Of a stretch of 64,000 bases of DNA, positions 28,087 through 44,075 are shown piece by piece (the stretch's first letter is position 1; every line of letters starts with the position of its first letter). The notes under the pieces were generated by a model, which was not told where the DNA came from, did not search any database, and saw only the letters and a list, made by a program, of their open reading frames with translations. Source of the DNA: the human T2T-CHM13v2.0 reference genome, Homo sapiens; NCBI RefSeq assembly GCF_009914755.1, contig NC_060932.1; one strand, given 5' to 3'. The translations under genes and the position numbers were made by a program.

Positions 28087-29693
28087 GCATACCCTAATTG
28101 AAGAATTAGTTTTTAAGTGAAATTGAGAAGCCTATACACATCAAGTGACGAAAGCCACATCACGTGAGATACATGACACACATGAGATAGTAGAGGGTCA
28201 CAACCCCTGGTAATTTGAATGCAATACTTCTATTTTTATTTTCTACCTCAAGTAAAGGGGAGTAACACAACTCCCTGGTCACCACGGAGCATACTTTGGT
28301 TCCAGGCTGGATTCCCCACAGGCGATATTTAAGAGTGCTCATTTAATGAGCCACAAAGCTATTTTACCCATAAGGTCACCTGAAGCCTATTCAGTTGCCA
28401 TATTGACTAAAAATGTTTTTTAAAAGTTTTATTATGTCATTCTATAGGCAGAGTGTAGTGAAAATAACGTTGGTTATCCATCTAGATCAGCAGCGTGTTC
28501 TAGGAATACCTATCCTTTACTTCTCAAAAATTCTCTGTAGTTCAATGAATTTGTGCACAAAATTATTTACAAAAGATTATTTTATTAAATTAATCCCAAC
28601 ACCTAGGCCACAATTCAGACCAATTATACTAGAATCTTTGGGAATGAAAATAGGCATTGATATTTTTGTTAACATTCCAATTTCCAGCCAGTGTTGAAAT
28701 CATTGAACTGGAGTAAAGGCTGAAGCATAGGCCAAGGAAAGATAATTTTCCTATTTAAAATTAAGCAAATTTACAGCAAAGATCAATATAAAATCCAAGC
28801 ATATATAAAATATACGAAACAAAAAAATGCCATCAGCGTCTATCCTTCAGTAATGAAAAATTACTCTTTCCGTTATTGAAGAGCAGTGGAAAGTAAACTA
28901 GCTTTAGCTGACAGCTTACTGTGGAGGAGCTTTCTATTTACATTTCATGTAAGAACAATGTATTTAATCTTCCCCCACATCTTCACCCATACGGTAAGCA
29001 GACTGTATTATCCCCGTGCCCCTTACCGTTTCGGAAACTGAAGCAAAAATTGATTAATTAGCACAAGATCATGCAAGTTTTAAATAGCATAGCATGGATT
29101 TAAACTTGACTGTGTGACTCCATATCTTCAGTGACGGCTTGCTGAATTCAAATTGTTTGAGAAACAGAATAGCAGCCATCAGACATCCAAGGATCTCCCT
29201 TGATTCATGAACTGGATTCAAGAACTGGAATAAAGAGATACTTTACTTCTTTACAAGCCTTACAAACCACTAAGGCCAAGGGCCAAAGTCTTAACAGTAG
29301 CACTGTACCCTGATTCTAAGCTTGCAGTTGTAATTGATTCAACAGTAGGAATTTTCACTAGTACTTTACAGGTTTAGAGAGAGAAACTCGGTTCAATGAT
29401 GCATCTGACTTGCCCTGTGTGTTTTCTCCTTGTTTACCCGCTGGCCTACTAAAAGAAATCTACTTCAAATGCAAAAAAGGTAGAAGGTCAGCTGATTAGA
29501 AGTTAAATAAGTCAAAGGCAAATTTTCAATGGAAAATCTTGGTAGAAAGAATGAATTTTTCAGCCATAATACAGACTACCCCAGTAGTTTCAAACTGAGG
29601 TCAGTCATGGTAGCTGGTTCACAGTGTCCTCTACTTTGGACTTCCCCTAGACACCTGAGCTGTTTCAGTTTTGCCTCCTGGGTATCTTCGTGA

Positions 29694-30055
<362 letters not shown>

Positions 30056-30224
30056 AGCTTCTACTTATGTGTGCTTAATGTAGGTCCCTTCCACCATAAG
30101 TTTGCGCCTGGTGAAAAAAAAGAAAAACAATATATGCACATGTGCAAGTCTATTCATGACACTTCTGAGCTCAAAATCTCTACAGTGACTTTCTCTTGCT
30201 TTTAAAGAAAAAAATTGAACTCAC

Positions 30225-30519
30225 AGCCGAGCATGCTAGCTCATGCCTATAATCCAAACACTTTGGGAGGCTGAGGCAGGAGGATTGCTTGAGCCCAGAA
30301 GTCTGAGACCAGCCTGAGCAACATGGTAAGACCCTGTTTCTACAAAAAATAAAAAAAAAAAAATAGCTGGGTATAGTCATCCACACCTGTAGTCCCAGCT
30401 AGTCAGGAGGCTGATTGCTTGAGCTCAGGAGGTCAAGGCTGAAGTGAGCTTTAATTGTGCCACTGCATGACTGCAGCCTAGGCAATAAAGAAAGACTTTG
30501 TTCCAAACAACAATAAAAA
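30225..30519 (+). mobile_element. Alu (AluJ-like)
   Basis: GGAGGATTGCTTGAGCCCAGAAGTCTGAGACCAGCC, diverged dimer. Confidence 0.92.
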
Positions 30520-30749
30520 GATGAGATTTTTGACAGATTCTAAGACACTGCTTTTAGACTTGGGCCTTGCCTAGCCCTCTGAAGTCTTCTATCTCATCAT
30601 CTTTCTTTCAGTTCTCTAAAAGTTTATTCTTCCCTCCTCAGGACCTTTGCCTATATCTTTCCCTCTTCCTAGAATTCAGTCCCAGCTTCCATACTTCTCT
30701 CAGGGTATCAATAACTGACTGCCATGTAACATGCCAACCCCAAACTGAA

Positions 30750-31180
30750 TATATTATAACCACAGCTGTCTTATTAGCTCATGGTTCTATGGCCAGCAAT
30801 TTGGGCTAGGATCAGCAGGATGGTTCTTCTGTTATTGCCTGGAATCACTTTTACAGCTGCAGATATTTGGCATCTGTAGTGGGGCTGAATAATCTAAGAT
30901 GGCCTCACACAGTCGCTGCAGGCTGTCAACTGGTTGGACTCAGGGGACTCAGCTGCAACAGTTTTTCGCTTTTCTACCAGCCTCTCATCCACTAATAAAC
31001 TAGACTAGACTAGACTTCTTCAGCTGGCAGTCTCAGAACAATATTCCAAGGGAGCAAGAGCAGAAACTTCCACTTTATCTGTTGGACACTGCAAGTCAAA
31101 GGCCAGTCCAGATTTAATGCATGGGGAAAGCAATTCTACCTCTTGGTGGATAAGCTGGTCATCTTTTATATACCACACCT
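30750..31180. mobile_element. Old MaLR LTR (MLT1-like)
   Basis: TTATTAGCTCATGGTTCTATGGCCAGCAATTTGGGCTAGG...AAGATGGCCTCAC...GGCCAGTCCAGATT resembles MLT1; boundaries approximate. Confidence 0.6.
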
Positions 31181-31802
31181 GGCTAACTAACACTGACACT
31201 TCAGATGTCAGTTCCCACATCTCTTCTATAGGAGAACATTACTCTGAATCATCAGATATGATAAAATCCTATTATATGCTCTCAAATCACCCTGTTCATT
31301 TTCCTTATAGCATTGGTTTCATTTTACGAGCAAATTTTTGTGTGGTTATTTGATTAAATCTGGTTTCCCTCCTGAACTGTGAACTCCATGAGGGCAGGGA
31401 CAAAGTCTGTATCTTCAGTGTCTACCATAAAGTAGGGCCCAGCATCAGGATTCCATAAGTGCTTGTTGACTGAACACATGAATGTGAAACTAAACTGGGA
31501 GGAAAGTGGTTTAGAAAGTTACTCTACCACTTCCTAGTTGTGGGACCTTCATTAAGTTACATAACCACTTTGTTATTCAGCTTTCACATAAGCAAGCTGA
31601 GTGTATTCACACATAGTAGGTGCCAATAAATGCCTTTGAAAGCAATATGAGGTTAGTCACTTAATAGTGAATGAAAATTGTATATTTTATCTTAATATAT
31701 TTTTGGTGCATGAGAAATCACAGAAAAACAGGGAATCGTTAACTCCTATGTTGATTAACATTGGCACATTTATAAATACTGTTCTAACTACTCTTGTATC
31801 AT

Positions 31803-32157
31803 TGTATTAGTCCATTTTCACACTGCTGATAAAGACATACCTGAGACGGGGCAATTTACAAAAGAAAGATGTTTAATTGGACTTACAGTTTCACATGGCT
31901 GAGGAAGCCCCACAATCATGGCAGAAGGCAAGGAGGAGTAAGTCATGCCTTACATGGATGGCAGCAGGCAAAGAGAGAGAATTTGTGCAGGGGAACTCCT
32001 CTTTTTAAAACCGTCAGATCTCATGAGACTTATTCACTATCACAAGAACAGCATGGCAAAGACTTGCCCCATGATCAGTTGCCTCCCCCCAGGTTCCTCC
32101 CACAACATGTGGGAATTCAAGATGAGATTTGGGCAGGGACACAGCCAAACCATATCA
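31803..32157 (-). mobile_element. THE1 solo LTR (THE1A/B-like, ERVL-MaLR)
   Basis: The reverse complement begins TGATATGGTTTGGCTGTGTCCC and ends GGACTAATACA. Length 355 bp. 5-bp TSD ATCAT/GTCAT. Confidence 0.95.
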
Positions 32158-32184
32158 GTCATGTATGTATAAACAGGGGCAGAG

Positions 32185-33790
32185 CAAAGTAATGTATAGA
32201 TTCAATGCTACTCCCATCAAGCTAACATTGACTTTTTTTGCAGCATTAGAAAAAAACTACTTTAAATTTCATCTGGAACCAAAAAAGAGCCCATATAGCC
32301 AAGACAATCCTAAGCAAAAAGAACAAAGCTGGAGGCATCATACTACCTGACTTCAAACTATACTACAAGGCTACAGTAACCAAAACAGCATGGTACTGGC
32401 ACCAAAACAGATATATAGACCAATGAAACAGAGACCTCAGAAATAACACCACACATCTACAACCATCTGACCTTCAATAAACCTGACAAAAACAAGCAAT
32501 GGGGAAAGGACTTTCTATTTAATAAATGGTGCTAGGAAAACTGGCTAGCCATATGCAGTAAACAGAAACTGAACCCCTTCCTTATACCTTATACAAAAAT
32601 TAACTCAAGATGGATTAAAGCCTTGAATGTAAAACCCCAAACCATAAAAACCCTAGAAGAAAACCCAGGCAATACCATTCAGGACACAGGCATGGGCAGA
32701 GACTTCATGACTAAAGCATCAAAAGCAATGGCAACAAAAGCCAAAATTGACAAATGGGATCTAATTAACTAAAGAGCTTCTGTTCAGCAAAAGAAATTAT
32801 CACCATAGTGAACAAGCAACCTATAGAATGGGAGAAAATTTTTGCAGTCTACCCATCTGACAAAGGTCTAATATCTAGAATTTACAAGGAACTGAAAACA
32901 AATTTACAAGAAAAAAATCAAGCAACCCCATCAATAAATGGGCAAAGGATATGAACAGATACTTCTCAAAAGAAGACATTTATTTGGCCAACAAACATAT
33001 GAAAAAAACTCATCATCACTGGTCATTAGAAAAATGCAAATCAAAACCATGATGAGATACCATCTCACACCAGTTAGAATGGCAATTATTAAGAAGTCAG
33101 GAAACAACAGATGCTGGTGATGCTGTGGAGAAATAGGAACGCTTTTACACTGTTTGTGGGAGTGTAAATTAGTTCAACCATTGTGGAAGACAGTGTGATG
33201 ATTCCTCAAGCATCTAGAACCAGAAATACCATTTGACCCAGCAATCCCATTACTGGGTATATACCCAAAGGATTATAAATCATTCTACTATAAAGACACA
33301 TGCACACGTATGCTTATTGCAGCACTAATTACAATAGAAAAGACTTGGAACCAACCCAAATGCCCATCAATGATAAAGCAAACATGGCACATGGCATATA
33401 CCATGGAATACTATGCAGCCACAAAAAATAATGGGTTCATGTCCTTTACAGGGACATGGATGAAGCTGCAAGCCATAATTCTCAGCCAACTAACACAGGA
33501 GCAGAAAACCAAACACTGTGTGTTCTCACTCATAAGTGGGAGCTGAACAGTGAGAACACAAGGACACACAGAGAGGAACATCACACCCTGGGGCCTGTTG
33601 AGGGGTGGGGCGCGTTGAGGGGTGGGGCCCAAGGGGAGGGAGAGCATTACGACAAATACCTAATGCATGTGGGACTTAAAACCTAGATGACGGGTTGATA
33701 GGTGCAGCAAACCACCATGGCACATGTAACAAACCCGCAGTTCTGCACATGTATCCCAGAACTTAAAATAAAATAATAATAATTTAAAAA
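32185..33790 (+). mobile_element. 5'-truncated LINE-1 (L1PA7/8-like)
   Basis: ORF2 C-terminal fragments ([22 protein letters not shown]), 3' UTR with a G-rich tract, TSD-like AAACAGG(G)GCAGAG on both flanks. Confidence 0.93.
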
Positions 33791-34597
33791 AACAGGGCAG
33801 AGGTAAAATGGTAAAAAAATAAAATAAAATAAAAGACAGGAGCCTGAGGTCAGCCACCAACAGTCTTTGTAACCCTCAGGTGGCACATGTCTTTTTTTCT
33901 CATAGATGGAGAAAATTTCCAGGGTTAATCTACTATCTTGCCAAAAATACCCATGATTTGTCAGTTAATCCCCTGATATTCTTTGTGCTGGAAAATCTGT
34001 CAGAATGACCAAAAAGGCTTACATTCTACAGTCTATGAGAAACAAAACCACTGGGGTAGACTGAAATGAAATACAGTCATTAGTAGTAAGTTTGAGGTTG
34101 ACTGCTCTTTAAAAAAAGAAACAGTTTTTTTTTCTTCTGTTTTTCCAGTAGTGTCACTCTTCAGGGGCCCCTCTTTACTTTGTACTCTTTGACAGTCAGA
34201 AATATACCTACCCATTTCCGATTTCCTGCTATTGTACTTGAAATATGGATTTCACATATTTGGGGTAATCACTTCATCAGTAAAGTTGGCCTTCGTAAGT
34301 TAAAAACACTCAAATTTTAGAAACTCAATGTTCTGTGGGTTACAAATGACTGCCCACCATGCTGTGGGGCATGACACCCTTTTGTAATTTCTGAAATACG
34401 AAGTACTATTTTTTCTTTAATGCATTCTCTCTTTTTAGTTTCTCCATCCTGTGATATGTCTGTCCAAAAGGACTTCCCAAAAACCACTGTATGGCAGAAA
34501 AGGTTTTCAAAATGCATGAGAGAATTATAGCAAAGAGAAATAACTCACACTAAAGTTTTTAAAATATCTCCGGACTATGGCTAGGAACTATTACTAT

Positions 34598-34878
34598 GGC
34601 TAACAAGTGTAATTTCAGCATTTTGGGAGGCCAAGGCAGGCAGATCCCTTAAGTCTAGGAGTTTGAGACCAGCTTGGGCAATGTGGTGAAACCCCCCTCT
34701 GCAAAAAATACAAAATAATTAGCGGGGTGTGGTGGTGCACACCTGTGGTCCCAGCTACTCATGGAGGCTAAGGAGGGAGGATCACTTGAGCCCGGGAGGC
34801 AGAGGTTGCAGTGAGCTAAGATTATGCCACTGCACCCCAGCCTGGGAGACAGATTCTGTCTCAAAAAAAAAAAAAAAA
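34598..34878 (+). mobile_element. Alu (AluJ-like, degraded 5' end)
   Basis: Alu dimer body and poly-A 34863-34878. Confidence 0.92.
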
Positions 34879-35039
34879 TCTCTGGACTATAAACTCTCAT
34901 GAATCTAGCATTATTTGGATCAGAAATATATTCATAGGATAGACTGTGATGACAAATAGATCAAATTTGGGATGCCTCAACACAAGAAATATTTTCATGT
35001 ATCATTATGTAACAGTCCAGGGAGGCTGAAAATAGAGTG

Positions 35040-35705
<666 letters not shown>

Positions 35706-38083
35706 TCACTTCCCAAAGTGATGCTTAACTTCCTGCTAGACCAGCTTTCATGCTGATCTCAAAACACAGTGTTCTTCCAGTCTGTCTCATGCTCTCCCAT
35801 ATCTGCAATCTTTGCTCTGCACAGTGGTAAGGACCATTTTTCTAATTCTATATTCTTGAATCACTCCCAGTTATTCCCTGGATAGAGTAATATGAGGCAT
35901 GGTGTCTCTCTGAATTTCTTTCTTTATCTCTAAAATGGGAATACTACTAATATCAACCTCATTGTTGATACGTATTAAATGTAGTTGACTTCATATATGT
36001 AAAGCACTTAGTATAGTGAACGTGTCTGAATTATTGTTCTATAACCTTACCTTCCATGATTCTATCTAATACACATCCCAACTCAGTGATACACAGTGTC
36101 AATGACAGAAACATAATCAGCAAGAATAACAATCACTTATGCAGTGCTTCCTATGTGCCAGAAACTGTGAGATAATAAATGTTTGTTTTTGTTGTTTTAA
36201 GACACTAAATTTTAGGGTGATTTGTTACATAGTAGCAGATAAAGTGGTAAGAGGTTATGTCTACTCTGTTTAACTGTTCTGGGCCTAGTTTCCTACAGTC
36301 TCTAATGTTTCATCTGTAAAATGACGACAATTCCCCTTTTATCCATTTGTTACAATTACATTAAAGTATTACCTTAGACTAAGACACATGTTACAAGGGA
36401 TATGAAAGTGTTTCACTCAATGCCCAGCACATGGAAGATATTTAGTAAATATTTCCATAATACTTCTGCTGCAACAAATCACACAGCTCTCTCCTCACTA
36501 CCAGCTTGGATTTCTAGCAATGGAGAGAGTTTCTTTAATGAATTCCTACACATAATTATAAGATCCTACATAGGTTGCTATCCAAGAAAATTAAGGAAAA
36601 AATCATTTCTACACTAATTCTCAGCATGCCTGAGCAGCTTACAAAGGAAGCTCTTTCCACGTGTCAGTGTCACACTCCAGGATTTTAATGTCCCATTTCT
36701 GAGAAACCATTCCAAACTGCGGTAAATGCAGTCCAAATGTATAAGGACTTGGTACATTGGTAACAAAGCACATGCAAGAAAAATATGCAAACTCAGGAAA
36801 AATGCAAATTTGAAACAGTAAGTGATTTCACTTGGTCATGAAATACCCCAGGGAGTGCACCAGGGCAGTGATTTATTAAGAGAACTTTTAGAATAAGTGT
36901 ACAACCCCAAGCGCTCTGTGGGTTTCTATAAGACCCCACTTTTACAATTGGGAGAGACTAAATTCTCTTGGGCCTTTAATTATCTGTTCTTAAAAACCTA
37001 AATAATAAACATTGCAAGCACTCAGCCAGTTCATAATTATTTTCATGACAGTGACCCTCTTGGGGTTTTGCTGATTGGTCCTTACTTAGAAGGTGTAAAT
37101 AGAGTAGGCAAGTAAGAAAAACAAAGCATAAAAGAGGCAGTGCATCTCTCTGCTTGAGGAAAACTCACTTTGGACAGCACCTTGAATGCTTTCAGGGAAG
37201 CTAGAGTGTTCTCCTGTTCTTTGCTGTCCTTGCCAGTGTCTTCTCCTGAACTCACATCAGAAGCATGCCTTCAAGGGGAAAATGCAACAATAGTAATATT
37301 AATAATAATGAGTGAAGTGTATTAAGCACTTTTGTGCCAGTACTGTTCTCAGACAGGCAAACAGACTATTTTTCACAATATTTCACAAATGAGGAACAGA
37401 AAAGTTAATAACTTGACCAAAGTCTTACAGTAAGCAGGTGGTACCAGCAGGGTTCTAACCCAGGCACTCCAATTCTAAGGTCAACTTTGTTAGTGTTATC
37501 TAAAAAAGAAAAGCAATAATAAATTATCCACAAGAAAATTTTACAACTCAAGTTTTTCATACTCTTTAAAAAGGCATTTTTTCACATGTACTCTCATGTT
37601 CTATGATTAGACCTAATCATTGTCACTTCACGGCTAGAGAAACTAAGACCAGAAGAGCTTCCAGATCTTGACTAGCACCACTCAATGAGTGGGACGACCA
37701 GAACCCTGTACTGATCATGCAAACTTCACCACATAACAGCTTGTGATATTGAGTGAGTTGTTTCACCTATACGACCCCTCTAAACCAATTTATTAATCTA
37801 GAAAATGGGAATAATAGCAATTTCTATGTAATAAGTTGTTGGAGCACAAGATAAAGTTATATGTATAAAACATTTAGCACAGTTCCTGGTGCATAACAGG
37901 TCTGTAGTAAATATTTGTTGTAATTAGCAGCAAAATCATCTCCCTCATTACTGCAGTTGATTTTCCTTTATTATTGGAAAGAAATTTCTCAACTGAGTTT
38001 CAGTTGAATACAGTATTAGATTATTCCTTAACTGAGTTTCAGCATTTTAAATGTATACTCCCTACTCAAAACTACCTACTAAA

Positions 38084-38380
<297 letters not shown>

Positions 38381-39742
38381 CTACTAAAAAGAAGTTCTTC
38401 AATGCTTAGACTTTGAGCAAAGAAAAAGTCTGCTCTAACAGGAAGCTGGTGATATAGAAAGGTAAAGTTTCACTTCACAGGCACTTTGATTTCCCTTTGA
38501 GGTGGATACTGAATGATTTGTGTGTGCGCACATTTTTCTATGCATTATTCAAAATTAAAATTCCTTAGAGGAAACCACTGAAAGCCAATCATTTACAAAA
38601 CTTTAAAAATGACATCTTGAAGAGTTCTTTGGTGCTCATTCATCAAACTTAGCAATGATTTAACTGTAATTCTTTATTCAGATTCATCTCCCACAAAATA
38701 AAAATGCCATAAAGCTTTACAGTACTGTATCCTAATGAATAGAGAAACTAAAGAAAAAGTAAGATGAGCAAGTGAGAGGAAAACCCGAAAATGAGCCTGT
38801 CCTGGCATGTTTCTAAAAAGAAAGAAACAAACAAACAAGCAGCCCCTCCTCTCAGCTCTTGGGAAAGAAATATTGAATCTTGACAATATCTGCACTTCAT
38901 AGTTGATTCATAGCATGACCTATCTCAAACAATTTAAGATTCAAATGAAGTTTGCAATTAATCTTTCGATATCACTTTGCAAAACATTCTCATAACCTTA
39001 TCCAGCCCTTTTACAAATCAATCCTGTGAGGTGAACATCACTGTGTTCCCATTTTACAGAGAAAGGCACTGAGCCACAGAGAGGTTATATACTCATGATC
39101 AATAAGCTGGTAAGACTAAGAACCAGGAATGATACTGTCTTCCTTCTCCAAATATCCTGTTCTTTATTATGAGTACCTAAACAGTATTAAAAATTAATTA
39201 CAGCTCAACAATAGTAAGTAAATGTCCTCATGTGAAATCCACCGTTTAAAACTTAAGGTTATCTATTTATCAAATAAATTAAATCCTACTCACTTAACAA
39301 TATTCATTGAGCTCATTCTGTAAACAACCATTAGGCCAGGGGCAGATATGAAATATGAGGCTCAATCTGTGATCACAGAGATGAAATATACAATTTAGAG
39401 AGAGAAAGATAAGCATGATGACAAATAAATAATGTATGAAAATTAGCCATTATCTTAGGCCAACTTTTTCTAAGCTGTAAGCTGTCTGCCTACTTCTGCC
39501 AGGTGTTAGTAATTGTTTTAAAAAGTGGGGGAAGAAGAGTACTTCATGGTGGGAAGATATTCATTGAGGACATAAGCATCTTCCTCTTAGAAATTAACAA
39601 TGCACAGTGGCCTATTGCAAGTTTTGAAAGCCCTGCAAACAATAAAAGCCTGATTAGTTTTTATTGAATCAGTATCTCCTAAACACTTTTTCATGAAACA
39701 AGGTTACTCACAAATCTTGTCGAGGAACTAATGTCCTAGGAA

Positions 39743-39925
39743 AGTGGTTTTCAAGCTTGAGCATGTACATAAGTATCATTGGAAAGGTTGCAAAAATACA
39801 AATGTGTGGGCTCCACTCCAGAAATTCTGATTGAAGTGGTCTCATCTGTCATCTGAGAACTTGCATTTTTGTCAGATTCCTAGCTGATCTGATGTTTCAG
39901 GACTGAGAACTTAATTTGAGTAGTA
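39743..39925. mobile_element. MER5A-like relic
   Basis: AGTGGTTTTCAAGCTTGAGCATG...GGCTCCACTCCAGAAATTCTGATT...TTGCATTTTT. Confidence 0.65.
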
Positions 39926-41625
39926 TCTCTACAGAACAGTTTTTAAAATGTTCTCCTGGAGTAGGATGATTATACTTAACAAAAATGTAATACACTCAGG
40001 TGATGGACACCCTTAGTATCCTGATTGGATCACTACACATTATATACATGTAACACATTTTCTCAAGTACCCCATAAATTTGCACAAATAAATAAATAAA
40101 TAAAATTATACTTTTCTCAAATAAAAAAATAAAATAAATGTTCCTCTTGAATGGTAGAATCTTTCTGTTTTTTTGTGATAATCATAAATACATATAAATA
40201 TTCTCATCATTACATGCATGTAGTTACCTTCCTTTACATGATGCACCAGAAAGAATACCCACTCTAAGAAGGAAAGAATGAAGAGAAGAAGGCATTGTTT
40301 AAAAGACCTATTATTAGAATAAGTCAAATTCTATGTCTACCATTATTAAGCTGTTTGACTTTGAGCAGGGATTGGAAGGCATTTTAAATTGAGGTGGAGA
40401 TATGCACAAAGCCACGTGGGAAATGTCATGTGTCCCTGCATAAAGAGAACAAGCTATTTTGCTTGGTTGGAGATGAGGAGACAGAGGCTGTACATAAGAA
40501 TGTGTTCAATTTAAAGCAACAAAATATATCGACCAAACTACTTTGAGCAATCAAGGGGATATATTGGCTCACATCACTGAAATATATACTGGCACAGCAG
40601 ATTTCCAGTTAGGTCTGATCTGCTAGCTCTGTCCCCTCCAGAATACAGGCTCCAGGCAGGCAGGAAGGAAGAGGACATCAGTTCTCTTGGTGTCTAGCAC
40701 GCTGCCTGTATTAAGGTAGGTCCTCAATAAATTCATGTTGTAGGAAATGAATGCATGTTCTCAAAGATGCGGTTACTTTCAGTATCACTGCTTTCCTCAT
40801 GGTTTCCACTTCAATATTAGTCTAACTTGCCTTAGGGACCCAAGATGGCTGCTATTCACTTCAATTAGCTAAACACTTCTCTTTTCATGGCTGTGAGAGA
40901 CTAGCTACCTCTTCCATAAATGAATTTTCTCTTCTTTCTGGGCACAATAGTCTCTATTTCCCAGCCTCTTTTACAATTAGGTGTATCCATGCAACTCGGT
41001 TCTAGCCAATGGCGTGTGAGTAGTAGTGATATCCACCACTTGCAGACCTACACATAAAGGCTCCCAGACACATCTTCTGTGCTCTTTACTGGAACACTTG
41101 CTTGATTCCAATAGATACAGCAACCTTAGCAGCTACATATTGCAGTTGGCAGAGCTTTCATGTTTCAGCTTCTTCATATTTTTTAGTTTTGTTGTCACTG
41201 TTGGTTTTTTTTTTAATTGATTCAGGAGATGACCTAATAAAAAATTGAAGAAAAATAAAGCATTTTGTTCTGGATTTCTCATTAGGAACATGAGGTTTAC
41301 TCTATTGCAACTGGCTTAGTTCATATGATCATCCCCTGAGGTGAGGGAAAAAGATGTGTGAATTGATTAAGCCAAGGTCACATGGTCGAAATGTAGAATT
41401 GGGTTTTGAGGTCAGTTTCCCTAAATCACCCAGATATCCAAGTGGAAATCAGGCTCCATTGACAAAAGGGAACAGTTCTTAGAAATGCAACTACAAATGT
41501 CCAATCCCAGTTGGCAAGTTCGAAGCAAGGAAGGGCTTTCCATTAAAGAATGTGGATGCTACCTGGTGGGCAACTGGAGGCCACTGGCATATATTTTTTT
41601 TGGGGGGGGTTTCATAAACTATTGG

Positions 41626-44075
<2,450 letters not shown>

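Noticed and set aside
33597-33640. G-rich tract with duplicated GTTGAGGGGTGGGG
   Set aside because: It is the ordinary polypurine tract of the L1 3' UTR with a minor slippage duplication
39543-39632. Possible extra CASC19 cassette exon (acceptor TTGTTTGCAG|G at 39632)
   Set aside because: The only nearby donor (GAA|GTACTC) is weak; not supportable without RNA data
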